A stretch of DNA of 32,000 bases from Aeropyrum pernix K1 (GTDB lineage: Archaea > Thermoproteota > Thermoprotei_A > Sulfolobales > Acidilobaceae). The DNA lies in contig NC_000854.2 of the NCBI RefSeq assembly GCF_000011125.1, positions 1,350,001-1,382,000 on the forward strand, in the 5' to 3' direction. The position numbers and the translations under genes were made by a program. Positions 8,977 through 18,480 of the stretch are shown here, piece by piece. Numbering within the stretch: the first letter of the stretch is position 1; every line of letters starts with the position of its first letter. The notes below the pieces were generated by a model. The model saw nothing but the letters and a program-made list of their open reading frames with translations, was not told where the DNA came from and did no database searches.

Positions 8977-10416
8977 CTATTCTTCCACAGTTAGTGATCT
9001 GAATATTTCGAAGGGTCTTCTGAGGTTCTCAAGGTTCCACGCATCCTTTAGGAATTCTCTTCTCCTCTCCTCTGTTACCAGACCTTCGAGAAGCCTTGTG
9101 AATTTAGCCTCTACACCGCTCCTGTCGAGCGGGTTCTTGAAGTGGCCGGGCGGGTATATTGACTCCTCCTCTAGGGTTCGCCCGTCTCTAAGGCGTACTA
9201 TGACCTTGTTTCCTATGCCCTCGGGGTATATCTCATCATACTTGGGGTTAACCCTTATGCTCATCTTCTTCATAACTTTCCTCACATCATCCGCCAGGAA
9301 TCTCTCGGGCTTGAACGTTTCTAGCCACACCTTGCCGTCGAGGAGGGCTGCCGCTACTATGTAGGGCAGGCTGTGGTCCGCCGTCTCCCTCGTCTTTGGA
9401 TCCCACTTCTCCGGATCCTCCACTATTATTTTGTAGCTCACAGTGAAAGTCTCGACTTCAACACTTTCAATGTCATCAGGCTTTATATCTCCAGCTTTCT
9501 CCCTAAGTTTTAATGCCGCTTCCACAGCGCTCATTGAGTGGTACTCTACTGGCCAATATTTTATGCTAGTCTGCATCACCTTATACCCTCCTTCACCCAA
9601 GGGTGCTAGCTCGAACTTGTCTCCACATAGGGCGACTTTGAAGAACCCGAACTTGCCCTCGAAAACAGGGCTAGGCCCTGTCATCCCCTTCCATGCAAGT
9701 AGCGCTGAGAAGAGACCGTTCCTGGCTGCATGGGCCGCGGCACAGCCCTTCCACATGCTCAGTTCTCCAGCTCTGGTTTGTCTGAGTGCTAGTCCTGTAG
9801 TAACTGCTATGTTTATAGCGTGCTCTATACCGTCCTCGTCTAAGCCGAGTATTTTGGCCGCCCCCGCGGCGCTGGCTATACCTATGTATACAGTGTGATC
9901 CCACCCTCTAGACCTAACGCTGTAGCTGTCCGCCAGGCGAGCGGCTATCTCGTAGGCCGCCACTATACCCTCGATGAGGCTCTTACCGTCGGCATCAACT
10001 ATCTCGGCTGCAGCCACGAGAGCAGGTATGGTGTCGCTAGGATGTAGAGCCTCTTTCGAAAGATAGGTGTCATTAAAGTCGAAGTATCTGGCTGCGCATC
10101 CGTTTGTGAAAGCGGCCTGATCGGCTGAGGCGTAGCTGAGGGTTCCCCAGATAAGAGAGGATATTCTGGAGCCTGTAGTGCCCAACGCTATAGACCTGGA
10201 TATTCTCACGGGCTCCTCGTTGAAAGCACCAACAGCAACGCCAGCGGTGTCAACGACTCTCTTCTTAACCTCCTCTACAACCTCGCTAGGTATATCGCTG
10301 AAGCGTAGGGAGTGTACCCATCGGGCCATAGCCTTAGCTACAGTCTCGCCCAAACCACTACACCAGTCAAAGCTTTGTAGATGAGGCGGCCTAATTTGGC
10401 GACGACCGCCGAGCAT
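8977..10416 (-). CDS. MmgE/PrpD family protein (2-methylcitrate dehydratase-like)
   Basis: 479 aa; LRFSDIPSEVVEEVKKRVVDTAGVAVGA, HPSDTIPALVAAAEI, KYWPVEYHSMSAVEAAL. True start is probably downstream near MARWVHSLRF. Confidence 0.85.
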   Translation of the reverse strand: MLGGRRQIRPPHLQSFDWCSGLGETVAKAMARWVHSLRFSDIPSEVVEEVKKRVVDTAGVAVGAFNEEPVRISRSIALGTTGSRISSLIWGTLSYASADQAAFTNGCAARYFDFNDTYLSKEALHPSDTIPALVAAAEIVDADGKSLIEGIVAAYEIAARLADSYSVRSRGWDHTVYIGIASAAGAAKILGLDEDGIEHAINIAVTTGLALRQTRAGELSMWKGCAAAHAARNGLFSALLAWKGMTGPSPVFEGKFGFFKVALCGDKFELAPLGEGGYKVMQTSIKYWPVEYHSMSAVEAALKLREKAGDIKPDDIESVEVETFTVSYKIIVEDPEKWDPKTRETADHSLPYIVAAALLDGKVWLETFKPERFLADDVRKVMKKMSIRVNPKYDEIYPEGIGNKVIVRLRDGRTLEEESIYPPGHFKNPLDRSGVEAKFTRLLEGLVTEERRREFLKDAWNLENLRRPFEIFRSLTVEE

Positions 10417-10723
10417 ATATGCTGAGGGTTTTTGGTACTGGCATTATCTCGCGTTAACTGGTGAAAACTTGTGTGCCTTCCCAATTACTGCTGTGAAGAA
10501 AATGTTCCTCTCTATCCAATTTGATGGATCGATTTTAGTGGCGGGTTCTATACTTTGAAACTCCATGTCTATGGTTCGTGTTGGATAGGTTTTGGCAGCC
10601 AGCATAAATGACGCTGGGGCTGCTGCTGTCGTACTTTAGTTGTTTCCCTTTTTCCCTCCTCTCATCTGCCTTTGTCTTGTACATACTAAACGATAAGTTT
10701 TGTTATGCAGGTATTAATTACTA

Positions 10724-11551
10724 TTGGTGAATAGTAACATGGTGTTTGCCCGGGTTAACGAGGCAGATGTTACGGAGGCTATTTTGGATGGTTTCTACAG
10801 CTCTTTGAAGAAGCATCTTAGGAGCGACGTAATAGTGGTTGGCGCTGGTCCTGCTGGCCTTACAGCAGCTTGGAGGCTGGCGGAGGCGGGGGCCAGAGTT
10901 CTTATTGTGGAGCAGAACAACTATCTGGGCGGCGGCCTATGGCTTGGAGGGTACTTTATGAACCCGGTCACCATAAGGGCACCGGCCCAGAGGATTTTAG
11001 ACGAGCTGGAGGTTCCGTATGAGGCAGTAAAGCCAGGCTTATATCGGACTAAGGGGCCGCTTCTGGCCGCAAAGCTGGCGGCAAGGGCCCTCGAGGCGGG
11101 TGCTGAGGTCCTCAACCTTACAATGCTTGACGACGTTATAGTGGAGAACAGTAGGGTTGCTGGTGTTGTAGTCAACTGGAGCCCAGTCCAGGGTCTGCCA
11201 CGCCAGATAACCTGTGTAGATCCTGTAGGCCTAAGGGCAGAATATGTGGTGGACGCCACGGGCCATGACGCCGTGGTCACGAGGAAGCTAGCCGAGAGAG
11301 GCATGGTAGAGGCGTCCAAGCTGGGTCCGATGTGGGTTGAGAGGAGTGAGGACCTGGTTGTGGAGAAGACGGGCGAGGTTTATCCAGGCCTGGTGGTTGC
11401 AGGTATAGCTGTAGCCGAAGTCTATGGATTGCCGAGGATGGGGCCGACATTCGGAGCTATGCTGTTATCTGGTGAGAAGGCTGCAGCTCTCATCGGGGAG
11501 AAGCTTGGCTTGAAAGTTAAGGTGGCTGCGGCCCCGGCCTCCCAAGCCTAG
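10724..11551 (+). CDS. thi4: Thi4 family thiazole synthase
   Basis: 275 aa; FAD motif SDVIVVGAGPAGLTAAWRLAEAG, GGGLWLGGYF, NWSPVQGLPRQITCVDP, DATGHDA and MGPTFGAMLLSGEKAA. ATG at 10739 is a likely alternative start. Confidence 0.93.
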   Translation: MVNSNMVFARVNEADVTEAILDGFYSSLKKHLRSDVIVVGAGPAGLTAAWRLAEAGARVLIVEQNNYLGGGLWLGGYFMNPVTIRAPAQRILDELEVPYEAVKPGLYRTKGPLLAAKLAARALEAGAEVLNLTMLDDVIVENSRVAGVVVNWSPVQGLPRQITCVDPVGLRAEYVVDATGHDAVVTRKLAERGMVEASKLGPMWVERSEDLVVEKTGEVYPGLVVAGIAVAEVYGLPRMGPTFGAMLLSGEKAAALIGEKLGLKVKVAAAPASQA

Positions 11552-13059
11552 CGTGTATGCGCCTCATCCTCTTCAACACTCTCTTCAGCTTTTTTCACTA
11601 CAAGATAGGGGCCTTCCTTGTCCACGACCACAACTTTGTCACCCCTAGCCACCGGTGTAATGGCTTTCGCCTTCCAGTACTCACCCTCCACCAGTATGAA
11701 GCCTGTTCCGCCTTCGGGAATATCGTCTACAGCCTCTCCTACGGCCCCTTTAAGCTTCCATAGAGTCTGCGGAGCCCTCTTTGCCTTAACAACCTTGTAT
11801 ACGACGAATGCCGTGAGACCGCCCATAGTGGCTCCCAAAGCGTAGGTGGTGTATAGGAGTGTTTTAGCATAGCTTTCTCCAACCGCGAACCCCTCGCCCC
11901 TTATGGGGAGTAGTATGACGCCGAAGACTAGCATGGCTATGCCTGTGCCCCCTATTATGCCGAAGCCGGGGGTGTACAGCTCTATGAAGACGAGTATAGC
12001 CCCCCCTATTATGAGGATGAGGGCGGCTGTGTTGGGGTTGAACCCTGATCCAACTAAGCCCAGGACTAGTAGGAAGCCGCCGAGCGCTATTCCAGGCAGG
12101 TTACCGCTGGCGATGCTGAAGAGGAGAGCCAGGGCTCCTATGCTCAAAAGTATGCCCGAGAGCATGGGGTCTGAGAGAGAGTGTAGAACCCGTATTCTAA
12201 GGTCGGGCTCTAGGACCTCGTAGCTGCCGTTGACGTCTATGAGCACCGTCTCCCCTATAGGCAGCCTCACTACTTTCCCATCTATAAGCTGGAGAAGCTC
12301 GCTCCTGTCCCTGGCTATAAGGTCTATAACACCCTTTTCCAAGGCCTCCTCCGCACCATAGTTGTCGTTGTACAGGACGAATCTAACCAGGGCTTCGGGG
12401 TTCCTCCCCCTGGTTGCGCCGTGCTCACATAGGGTTTTGACTATGGGGTTGATGATTTTTGAGTCGAGAACCGGCTGGTAGCTGCCTGTAGTGGGATCGT
12501 AAGCTATAGGCTGTACAGAGCCTATAATAGTCCCAGGCTGCATGGCTGCTATGTGAGTTGACATTAGTATCATAGTCCCAGCGCTCTCAGCCCATTTCTC
12601 GACTACATAACCCACTACAGGAATTCTTGCTTTGGATATGGACACAACCATCTCCGTTGCGGCATCCACAAAGCCGCCTGGCGTGTTAAGCTCGACTATA
12701 AGCACGGCGTTCTCCTCCTCGGCCCTCTCTATAGACTGCTTCAGGTAGTCCATCATTGCATTGTCTATAGTACCCTCTATCCTAATTATCAGAGCTTTAG
12801 GACCTACCACTCTCTCATAAGATGTGGCATCAGGCATGATACCGAACTTCTTCTCGTAAGCCTTGCACTCTTTAACCAGGCTTTCGAAATCAGCTTTGCC
12901 CGGGACAGGCTGTTCCCCAGCCGTAGTTGTGGTAGTCTCAACTGTCTCCTGAGCCTTTGCATAGGTGGCTGCGAAAGCGAGAGCTAGGGCTAGCAGGAGC
13001 CCCGCTGTGGTGAGAAGAGGTAAAAACCGCTTCAGACCGGCTTTCCCCATACTTTCCAA
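11548..13059 (-). CDS. NfeD family membrane-bound serine protease (ClpP-class N-terminal domain, C-terminal NfeD)
   Basis: 503 aa; signal, ELNTPGGFVDAATEMV, putative catalytic Ser in ESAGTMILMS, multiple TMs, C-terminal OB-like domain. Adjacent to an SPFH gene. Confidence 0.9.
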   Translation of the reverse strand: MESMGKAGLKRFLPLLTTAGLLLALALAFAATYAKAQETVETTTTTAGEQPVPGKADFESLVKECKAYEKKFGIMPDATSYERVVGPKALIIRIEGTIDNAMMDYLKQSIERAEEENAVLIVELNTPGGFVDAATEMVVSISKARIPVVGYVVEKWAESAGTMILMSTHIAAMQPGTIIGSVQPIAYDPTTGSYQPVLDSKIINPIVKTLCEHGATRGRNPEALVRFVLYNDNYGAEEALEKGVIDLIARDRSELLQLIDGKVVRLPIGETVLIDVNGSYEVLEPDLRIRVLHSLSDPMLSGILLSIGALALLFSIASGNLPGIALGGFLLVLGLVGSGFNPNTAALILIIGGAILVFIELYTPGFGIIGGTGIAMLVFGVILLPIRGEGFAVGESYAKTLLYTTYALGATMGGLTAFVVYKVVKAKRAPQTLWKLKGAVGEAVDDIPEGGTGFILVEGEYWKAKAITPVARGDKVVVVDKEGPYLVVKKAEESVEEDEAHTR

Positions 13060-13063
13060 ACCC

Positions 13064-13900
13064 TCACTCTCTCCGTTCTAGTACTCTACCCTGCATTCCT
13101 TGGGCCATAAGGCCTATCATATCCTCAGCCCCCATTCTCAAGGGAGTTACCACGACAAGGTTCTTCTCCTTGGCCACCTCTATAAGGGTCTGCAGCTCCC
13201 TCAGCCTAAGCGCGGCTGGATGTTTCTCATAGAACTCTGCAGCTTCAGCCATAATCTTGGCAGCCTGCCTCTCACCCTCGGCCTCTATAATCCTAGCCCT
13301 CCTCCACCTCTCTGCCTCGGCCTGCTTTGCCATGGCCCTTAGCATCGACTCCGGCAGCTTGACCTCTTTTATCGTGACTGCAGTAACCTTGATACCCCAG
13401 GGGTCTGTTAGCTGGTCTAGGATTTCTTGGAGCTTCTTGTTAATCTCTTCCCGCTTGGTTAGTAGGTCGTCGAGCTCTACCTGGCCGATAACGTCTCTTA
13501 GTGTGGTCTGTGCAAGCATAACCACAGCATAATGGTAATTCTCTATTCTGACCACAGCCTTCTCCGGGTCGAACACCTTATAGTAGACCACAGCGTCAAC
13601 ACCAACGGTAACGTTGTCCTTCGTTATGGTCCTCTGCTCGGGTATGTCGACCGTAACTATCCTCAGATCAACTTTAACGAGCGTGTCTACGAATGGTATG
13701 ATGAGGAATAGCCCTGGGCCTTTAACCCCTATAAGCCTTCCCAGCCTGAAGATGACAGCTCTTTCATACTCCCTCACTATCTTAATGCTCATCGACAATA
13801 GTATAAGCACTATCAGGAGTGCTACTCCTACTGGTATTAGAGCTTGGCCCAGGAGGACGTTAACTCCTGGTATTATCATTACACCCACCATCCAAACCAT
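13064..13900 (-). CDS. Stomatin-like SPFH domain protein
   Basis: 278 aa; EYERAVIFRLGRLIGVKGPGLFLIIPFVDTLVKVDLR...VTVDAVVYYKV. 4-nt gap to the NfeD protease gene. Confidence 0.93.
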   Translation of the reverse strand: MVWMVGVMIIPGVNVLLGQALIPVGVALLIVLILLSMSIKIVREYERAVIFRLGRLIGVKGPGLFLIIPFVDTLVKVDLRIVTVDIPEQRTITKDNVTVGVDAVVYYKVFDPEKAVVRIENYHYAVVMLAQTTLRDVIGQVELDDLLTKREEINKKLQEILDQLTDPWGIKVTAVTIKEVKLPESMLRAMAKQAEAERWRRARIIEAEGERQAAKIMAEAAEFYEKHPAALRLRELQTLIEVAKEKNLVVVTPLRMGAEDMIGLMAQGMQGRVLERRE

Positions 13901-14029
13901 TTATATAGATAGTCTATGTTAATATGCTATCTTATCAAACACTCGGAGAGCCCAACTGGTTTCCCCTCCCTCAGGGTTAAGATATCTAAGCCTAGCCCGG
14001 CAACCTTGTTAGGTAGGGAGTAGAAAGGG

Positions 14030-14887
14030 TTGGGCGCGGGCGCCGTTGCTGAGGAAGAGAGAGTAGAGGAGAATAGGGATATTGAGGCCGACGTATGGTT
14101 CCACGTTCAAGAGCTTATAATGAGGTTGAGGAAGGTTGCGATAGCGTTTGCGGTAGCATCAATAATCGTACCCTTAATCCCTGTCAGCATAGCACCATAT
14201 GTCCCTCTCCTCACCGTGTTTACCAAGTACTTCATAAACTCCGTTGTCCCCAGCACCATAGACGTCCTTGGATATCATGTCGAGGTTAGACTTATACAGA
14301 CAAGTCCTTTCGCCGGCCTCTCCCTACTTATAAAAACAGCTCTACTCATGGGCCTCCTGGTAGTTAGCCCTCTCCTCGCCTACGAGCTCTACGCGTTCAT
14401 AAAGCCGGCGCTGTATCCGCATGAAGACAGGTTCGTACGGACGCTCGGCCCTATAGCTGTAGGCCTCTTCATGTTCGGGGCTCTAATCGCGTTTAAAGTG
14501 ATCCTCCCCCTAGGGTACGCTATAAGCTTTGTCACAAGTGTAGTCCTAGTTGGTGATAAGCTTGTGGCATTCGCTGATGTAAATAACATACTGCAGACAA
14601 GCATACTCGTCATCGTGGGGGTCGGCCTGCTCTACGAGACTCCGGTCCTGCTGTACGGAGCAGTGAGAGCGGGTCTCGTCAGCCCCAACATTCTCTCCGG
14701 CGATAAAGGTAGGATGGTGCTCCTGGGTCTCCTTGCTCTGGGCGCCGTTATCAGCCCCGACGGGACAGGGCTTGGAATGCTCGTGCTAACACTACCTCTC
14801 TTTGCAGCCTTGAAACTAGCAGTATGGTTTGGAGCTAAATCGAGAAAATCTGGAGAAGCCCTGGCGGGAACCGGCCTTCAGCCCTAG
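14030..14887 (+). CDS. tatC: Twin-arginine translocase subunit TatC
   Basis: 285 aa polytopic protein; ELIMRLRKVAI, SPLLAYELYAFIKPALYPHEDRF, and LLYETPVLL in TatC layout. Confidence 0.88.
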   Translation: MGAGAVAEEERVEENRDIEADVWFHVQELIMRLRKVAIAFAVASIIVPLIPVSIAPYVPLLTVFTKYFINSVVPSTIDVLGYHVEVRLIQTSPFAGLSLLIKTALLMGLLVVSPLLAYELYAFIKPALYPHEDRFVRTLGPIAVGLFMFGALIAFKVILPLGYAISFVTSVVLVGDKLVAFADVNNILQTSILVIVGVGLLYETPVLLYGAVRAGLVSPNILSGDKGRMVLLGLLALGAVISPDGTGLGMLVLTLPLFAALKLAVWFGAKSRKSGEALAGTGLQP

Positions 14888-14890
14888 GTA

Positions 14891-15118
14891 TTAATCCAAC
14901 CCCTTCCTCTTCCTTTCCTCACTAGCCTCCGACATAGCACGTCTGAACTCTTTAACAGCGGTTCCAAGATTCCTCGCTATCTCTGTAAGCCTCTCGGGCC
15001 CAAACACGATCAACGCTATCACGAATATTATGATTAGTTCTGTCAGCCCTACGGTATCGACGAGAACCAAGGCTTGATCCCATAGATTATTATTATTGCG
15101 TGTAGTAGCTAAAAGCAA
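14891..15118 (-). CDS. tatA: Twin-arginine translocase subunit TatA/TatB family
   Basis: 75 aa; TM then FGPERLTEIARNLGTAVKEFRRAMSEA. Convergent with tatC. True start probably internal. Confidence 0.87.
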   Translation of the reverse strand: MLLATTRNNNNLWDQALVLVDTVGLTELIIIFVIALIVFGPERLTEIARNLGTAVKEFRRAMSEASEERKRKGLD

Positions 15119-15273
15119 TCGGCAGTACTATACGGAACCTCGTATAGCCAGCGGTTCCCCCTAAATGTTAATTCCAAACTGTTCTAACTAAGGTTTATAG
15201 CCGCATCCAGAGAGTTCCGCTCTGCCCCTTAGGGTTAATCCTGTGGGGTCCTGATATGCTTAGTTCATGATAG

Positions 15274-15837
15274 GCACGATCTAATAAAAAGGCTGTCTTT
15301 GAGTTTCTGCTTCGTTACGCCCTCCTGGCTACTGAGGTCTCTAGGCTTCTGAAACCAGTTGAGGGCAGGGTTAGCGTAAGGGGGAGGAGCTTCTACGTAC
15401 CGCAGGTTCCTGATTACGTCTTCGTAGCCCCCACGCTTGAGCGGGAGATAGCGGAGGCTAGGGCCAAAGGAGGCGGCGACCCTGAGAGGCTACTCTCAAA
15501 ATTCGCCTGGTATAGGGGGCTCAGGAGTGCATCGCCTTATAGCCTGAGCCACGGTCAGAGAAGGATTGTAGGGCTAGCTGTAGCTCTGGCATATAGGCCC
15601 CAGTTGACTCTTCTGGACGAGCCAACCACGGGACTAGACAGGGAGGCCTACGAGAGTGTGCGGGCAGCTATACTCGAGCTTTCTCTCGACTCGGCTGTTA
15701 TAGTGGCTACTCACGATGTTAGGCTCGTCGGTGATGTGGCCGATAGGGTGTATATGGTTAGGGATGGAGTGCTCTCTGAGGTCGATAAGCGGAGAGCCGT
15801 AGGGGCTATGGAGGAAGCCTGGAAGTCTTGGGGTTGA
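15274..15837 (+). pseudogene. ABC transporter ATPase (CbiO/EcfA-like) lacking the N-terminal P-loop region; or a gene with a non-canonical start
   Basis: In-frame translation after tandem stops at 15268-15273 gives LLKPVEGRVSVRGRSFYVPQVPDYVF (Q-loop), YSLSHGQRRIVGLAVALAYRPQLTLLDEPTTGLD (signature and Walker B) and VIVATHD (H-loop). No Walker A in any + frame between 15120 and 15300, and no ATG/GTG/TTG before 15604. Confidence 0.7.
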
Positions 15838-16559
15838 GTGCGGTGGTCAGGCTTAAACCCAGGCCTTGGGCACTCTTCGTCTACGGCATTCTCGTGACCA
15901 TAATAGCCATTGTGGGCAGCGGCAGGGAGCTGCTGGCTACATTCCTAATCACGGGCGTGCCGGGGTTCGTGTTGGGCTTCGCCCGTTACAGGTTTCTAGT
16001 GCTCCTCATACCCCTGACAGTTATAGGCACCTTCCTTAACGCCCTCGCAATATACTATACAGGGCTAGCCAGAGAGCCGGGAGACGTAGTGGCTAGAATC
16101 TGGGTTGTTGAGATACCCGAGTTTGCAGTGGAGACTACGGCAGTCATAGCGTTGAGGGTCTTCAGTTTCGCCGGCGCCGGGCTTCTACTAGTCTCGCTGG
16201 TTAGCCCTAGGGATGCTTTGAGAAGCTTAACCGAGGAGCTTGGTCTGCCGAAGGGTCTGGCCTTCAGCCTAGCCTTCGCCTTAAGACTGTTCCCTCTCAT
16301 AAGGAGAGATCTAGGCGAGGTTATGGCTGTCAGGAGGCTGCGCGGCTATAGAACTATACCCCTCTCGCCGAGCGACTACATGTCGATAATAGCCCCACTC
16401 CTAAACGTCTCTCTCGAGAGGGCTGTCTGGGTCGGGGTTTCGGCTGAGCTAAGGGGTTTTAGGCTAAGGCGGGTGAGGAGGAGGCTTACCTTCGGTCTGC
16501 CCGAGGCTTTCCTCGCTATCCTACTTATAATCCAGGCGGCCGCCGTCCTCATACTGTGA
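15828..16559 (+). CDS. Energy-coupling factor transporter transmembrane (EcfT/CbiQ) component
   Basis: 243 aa polytopic protein with EcfT-type RRLRG and AELRGFR motifs, directly overlapping the ATPase frame. Confidence 0.82.
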   Translation: MGLSAVVRLKPRPWALFVYGILVTIIAIVGSGRELLATFLITGVPGFVLGFARYRFLVLLIPLTVIGTFLNALAIYYTGLAREPGDVVARIWVVEIPEFAVETTAVIALRVFSFAGAGLLLVSLVSPRDALRSLTEELGLPKGLAFSLAFALRLFPLIRRDLGEVMAVRRLRGYRTIPLSPSDYMSIIAPLLNVSLERAVWVGVSAELRGFRLRRVRRRLTFGLPEAFLAILLIIQAAAVLIL

Positions 16560-16569
16560 GACTGCTTGG

Positions 16570-17484
16570 CTACAAGTGGAGCCTCTTCCACTCCCCCCTC
16601 ACGGCCGTGTCCATCAGGCCCAGGACTGTCCCCCTATACATGAACTCCGAGATTATGGGGTTCCTAGCTCTATATGCCTTGCCCGCGTTTTCAAGCTTGT
16701 CGGCGAGAAGCCTCATAAGCTCCTCCGCATCCCCCCCGCCCCGCGAAACATATTCTACAGCCTCTCTTACCCACCTTAGAATATCCTCCCTGTGCCACCT
16801 CAGGTACTCCATCCCCCCGCTCCTCATACCGTAGTGGGCGAAAGCAAGCTTCTCCGGCTTGAACCTCGCCATGGCGTCTAGGCTGTTTATGTACTCGACG
16901 GGCTTGAAGGGAGGTGGTGTTGTGGGGAACTCTACAAGCGTCCCGTCGTCGTCTTTTAGGGAAACACCCGCAGAGTCTCCAGTAAACATAACGCCCTCTT
17001 GAGGCAGGTAGAAGCTCATGTGGTGTGAGGCATGGCCTGGCGTATATATCACGTGGAGTTTAACACCCCCCGGTAGCTCGAGGACCTCACCATCCTCTGG
17101 GACCACTATCTTACCTTCCGGCACGGGCTCGGGCTTGCCGAAAAAGTCAGCGTAGTCTCCGAGGAACTGTTTCGAAGCCTGCCAAAGCCTCTCAGGGTCC
17201 GCCATGTGGCGGGCCCCCCTGGGATGAACGTAGACAGCTTCCACGGTGTCCAGGCTGCGCACTATGCTGCCAGCAGCGCTCGCATGGTCTAAGTGTATAT
17301 GCGTGAGGATAACGTATCTCAGCCTGACCCCCATAGACTGCAGCTCCTCCCTGACCCTCTCCCAGGAAGTCTTCGGCCCACTGTCAATCATAGCCGCATC
17401 GCCGTCGGGCGCAATCAATATGTAGCTCCCCATCTTCCCCGTAAACGGCTCGGGCGTTGTGTCCACGAGTTTAATTTCGACCAA
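16570..17484 (-). CDS. MBL fold metallo-hydrolase
   Basis: 304 aa; LTHIHLDHAS metal motif, YTPGHASHHMSFYL, FTGDSAG, AFAHYG. Confidence 0.92.
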   Translation of the reverse strand: MVEIKLVDTTPEPFTGKMGSYILIAPDGDAAMIDSGPKTSWERVREELQSMGVRLRYVILTHIHLDHASAAGSIVRSLDTVEAVYVHPRGARHMADPERLWQASKQFLGDYADFFGKPEPVPEGKIVVPEDGEVLELPGGVKLHVIYTPGHASHHMSFYLPQEGVMFTGDSAGVSLKDDDGTLVEFPTTPPPFKPVEYINSLDAMARFKPEKLAFAHYGMRSGGMEYLRWHREDILRWVREAVEYVSRGGGDAEELMRLLADKLENAGKAYRARNPIISEFMYRGTVLGLMDTAVRGEWKRLHL

Positions 17485-17628
17485 CCACGACTCCCCGGTG
17501 GGATAAGGATGTTGGCGTAGACTCTAAGCCTTTCATGCTGGGAAGGACTATATAAAAATATTTGCTGGCTAGAACCGCTTAATTTCAACCCTACCAATTA
17601 TACACTGATATCACGGGGCCCAGCTGCG

Positions 17629-18375
17629 TTGCCCGGGGAGAGGATCAGGCTGGCTAAAGCTCTGCTAGACCTGGCTAGGTCGACGTTGAAGAGCGTTTGG
17701 AGCGACATGGCCACCGGAGACTATAGATGGGTTATACTCAAGTCGTGGAGAGCGGCAAAGGAAGCTCTTCTATCGCTCTCGTACAGCGGCGCTGCAGAGG
17801 TGCATGTTGACGACCTCTCCGGGCTATACGCTATGCTGTACCCCTCATGCCCCCCAATCCAGTGGAGCGACATAGCCCTTCTAGACTATGCTAAAACCCT
17901 TGTCGAGGACCTGGGCCTCTACATGATATTCTACTCGGCGGAGCCCGGGCCTAGGAGGAGAGATGGAATCCAGTCTCTCGAGGCCTCAGTTCGGATAGTG
18001 GAATCGGTGGTCCAATGTATTAAGGAGCCTTCGACAGGCTCCGGCCCAGCAGCAGGAATATCATTCCCGCTGGATGCTCTTAGAAGAAAGGTTTCCACGT
18101 TCAGCGGGGAGAGGGTAACTGTTGTCCGGTCCGGGAGGAGGCTCTATATCATAACAGCGGAGATGCCGGAGGATATAGTTGGTAGGATAGAGCTTGCGAA
18201 GAAGATCGAAACCCCACCCGGCTTCCAGGTGCTACCCTTAACGGCCGAGGAAGCCTACAGCTACGTCAATCTACCCTGGATAGTGCTTGAAGACGTTGAA
18301 GTCATGAGGGACGACCTGGGCTTGGGCCAGTTCTTCGAGCTTAGGTCCACAAGCCAAGGCGGCTCATTCTTTTAA
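17629..18375 (+). CDS. Probable HEPN domain protein with a degenerate MNT/nucleotidyltransferase-like C-terminus
   Basis: 248 aa from TTG; HEPN-like N-terminus LAKALLDLARSTLKSVWSDMATGDYRWVILKSWRAAKEALLSLSY; C-terminus PEDIVGRIELAKKIETPPGFQVLPLTAEEAYSYVNLPWIV resembles the tail of MNT proteins, without GS-x-DxD. Confidence 0.5.
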   Translation: MPGERIRLAKALLDLARSTLKSVWSDMATGDYRWVILKSWRAAKEALLSLSYSGAAEVHVDDLSGLYAMLYPSCPPIQWSDIALLDYAKTLVEDLGLYMIFYSAEPGPRRRDGIQSLEASVRIVESVVQCIKEPSTGSGPAAGISFPLDALRRKVSTFSGERVTVVRSGRRLYIITAEMPEDIVGRIELAKKIETPPGFQVLPLTAEEAYSYVNLPWIVLEDVEVMRDDLGLGQFFELRSTSQGGSFF

Positions 18376-18480
18376 ATAAATGTTCTGCTGATCTATCATC
18401 AACCGACATGTTATGTGGCTGGTCGTGTAAAAAAGTGGCAGCTTTGTCCATAGGCTGTAGTTTGCTCTCTGTCTGTTTAG

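Noticed and set aside
10417-10723. TPP riboswitch upstream of thi4
   Set aside because: The conserved CTGAGA and downstream core sequences are absent. Only a small CCAGC/GCTGG hairpin near 10610 is seen.
11548-13900. NfeD protease plus stomatin pair as a novel system
   Set aside because: Well-known conserved pair (as in Pyrococcus PH1510/PH1511); the order and content are ordinary.
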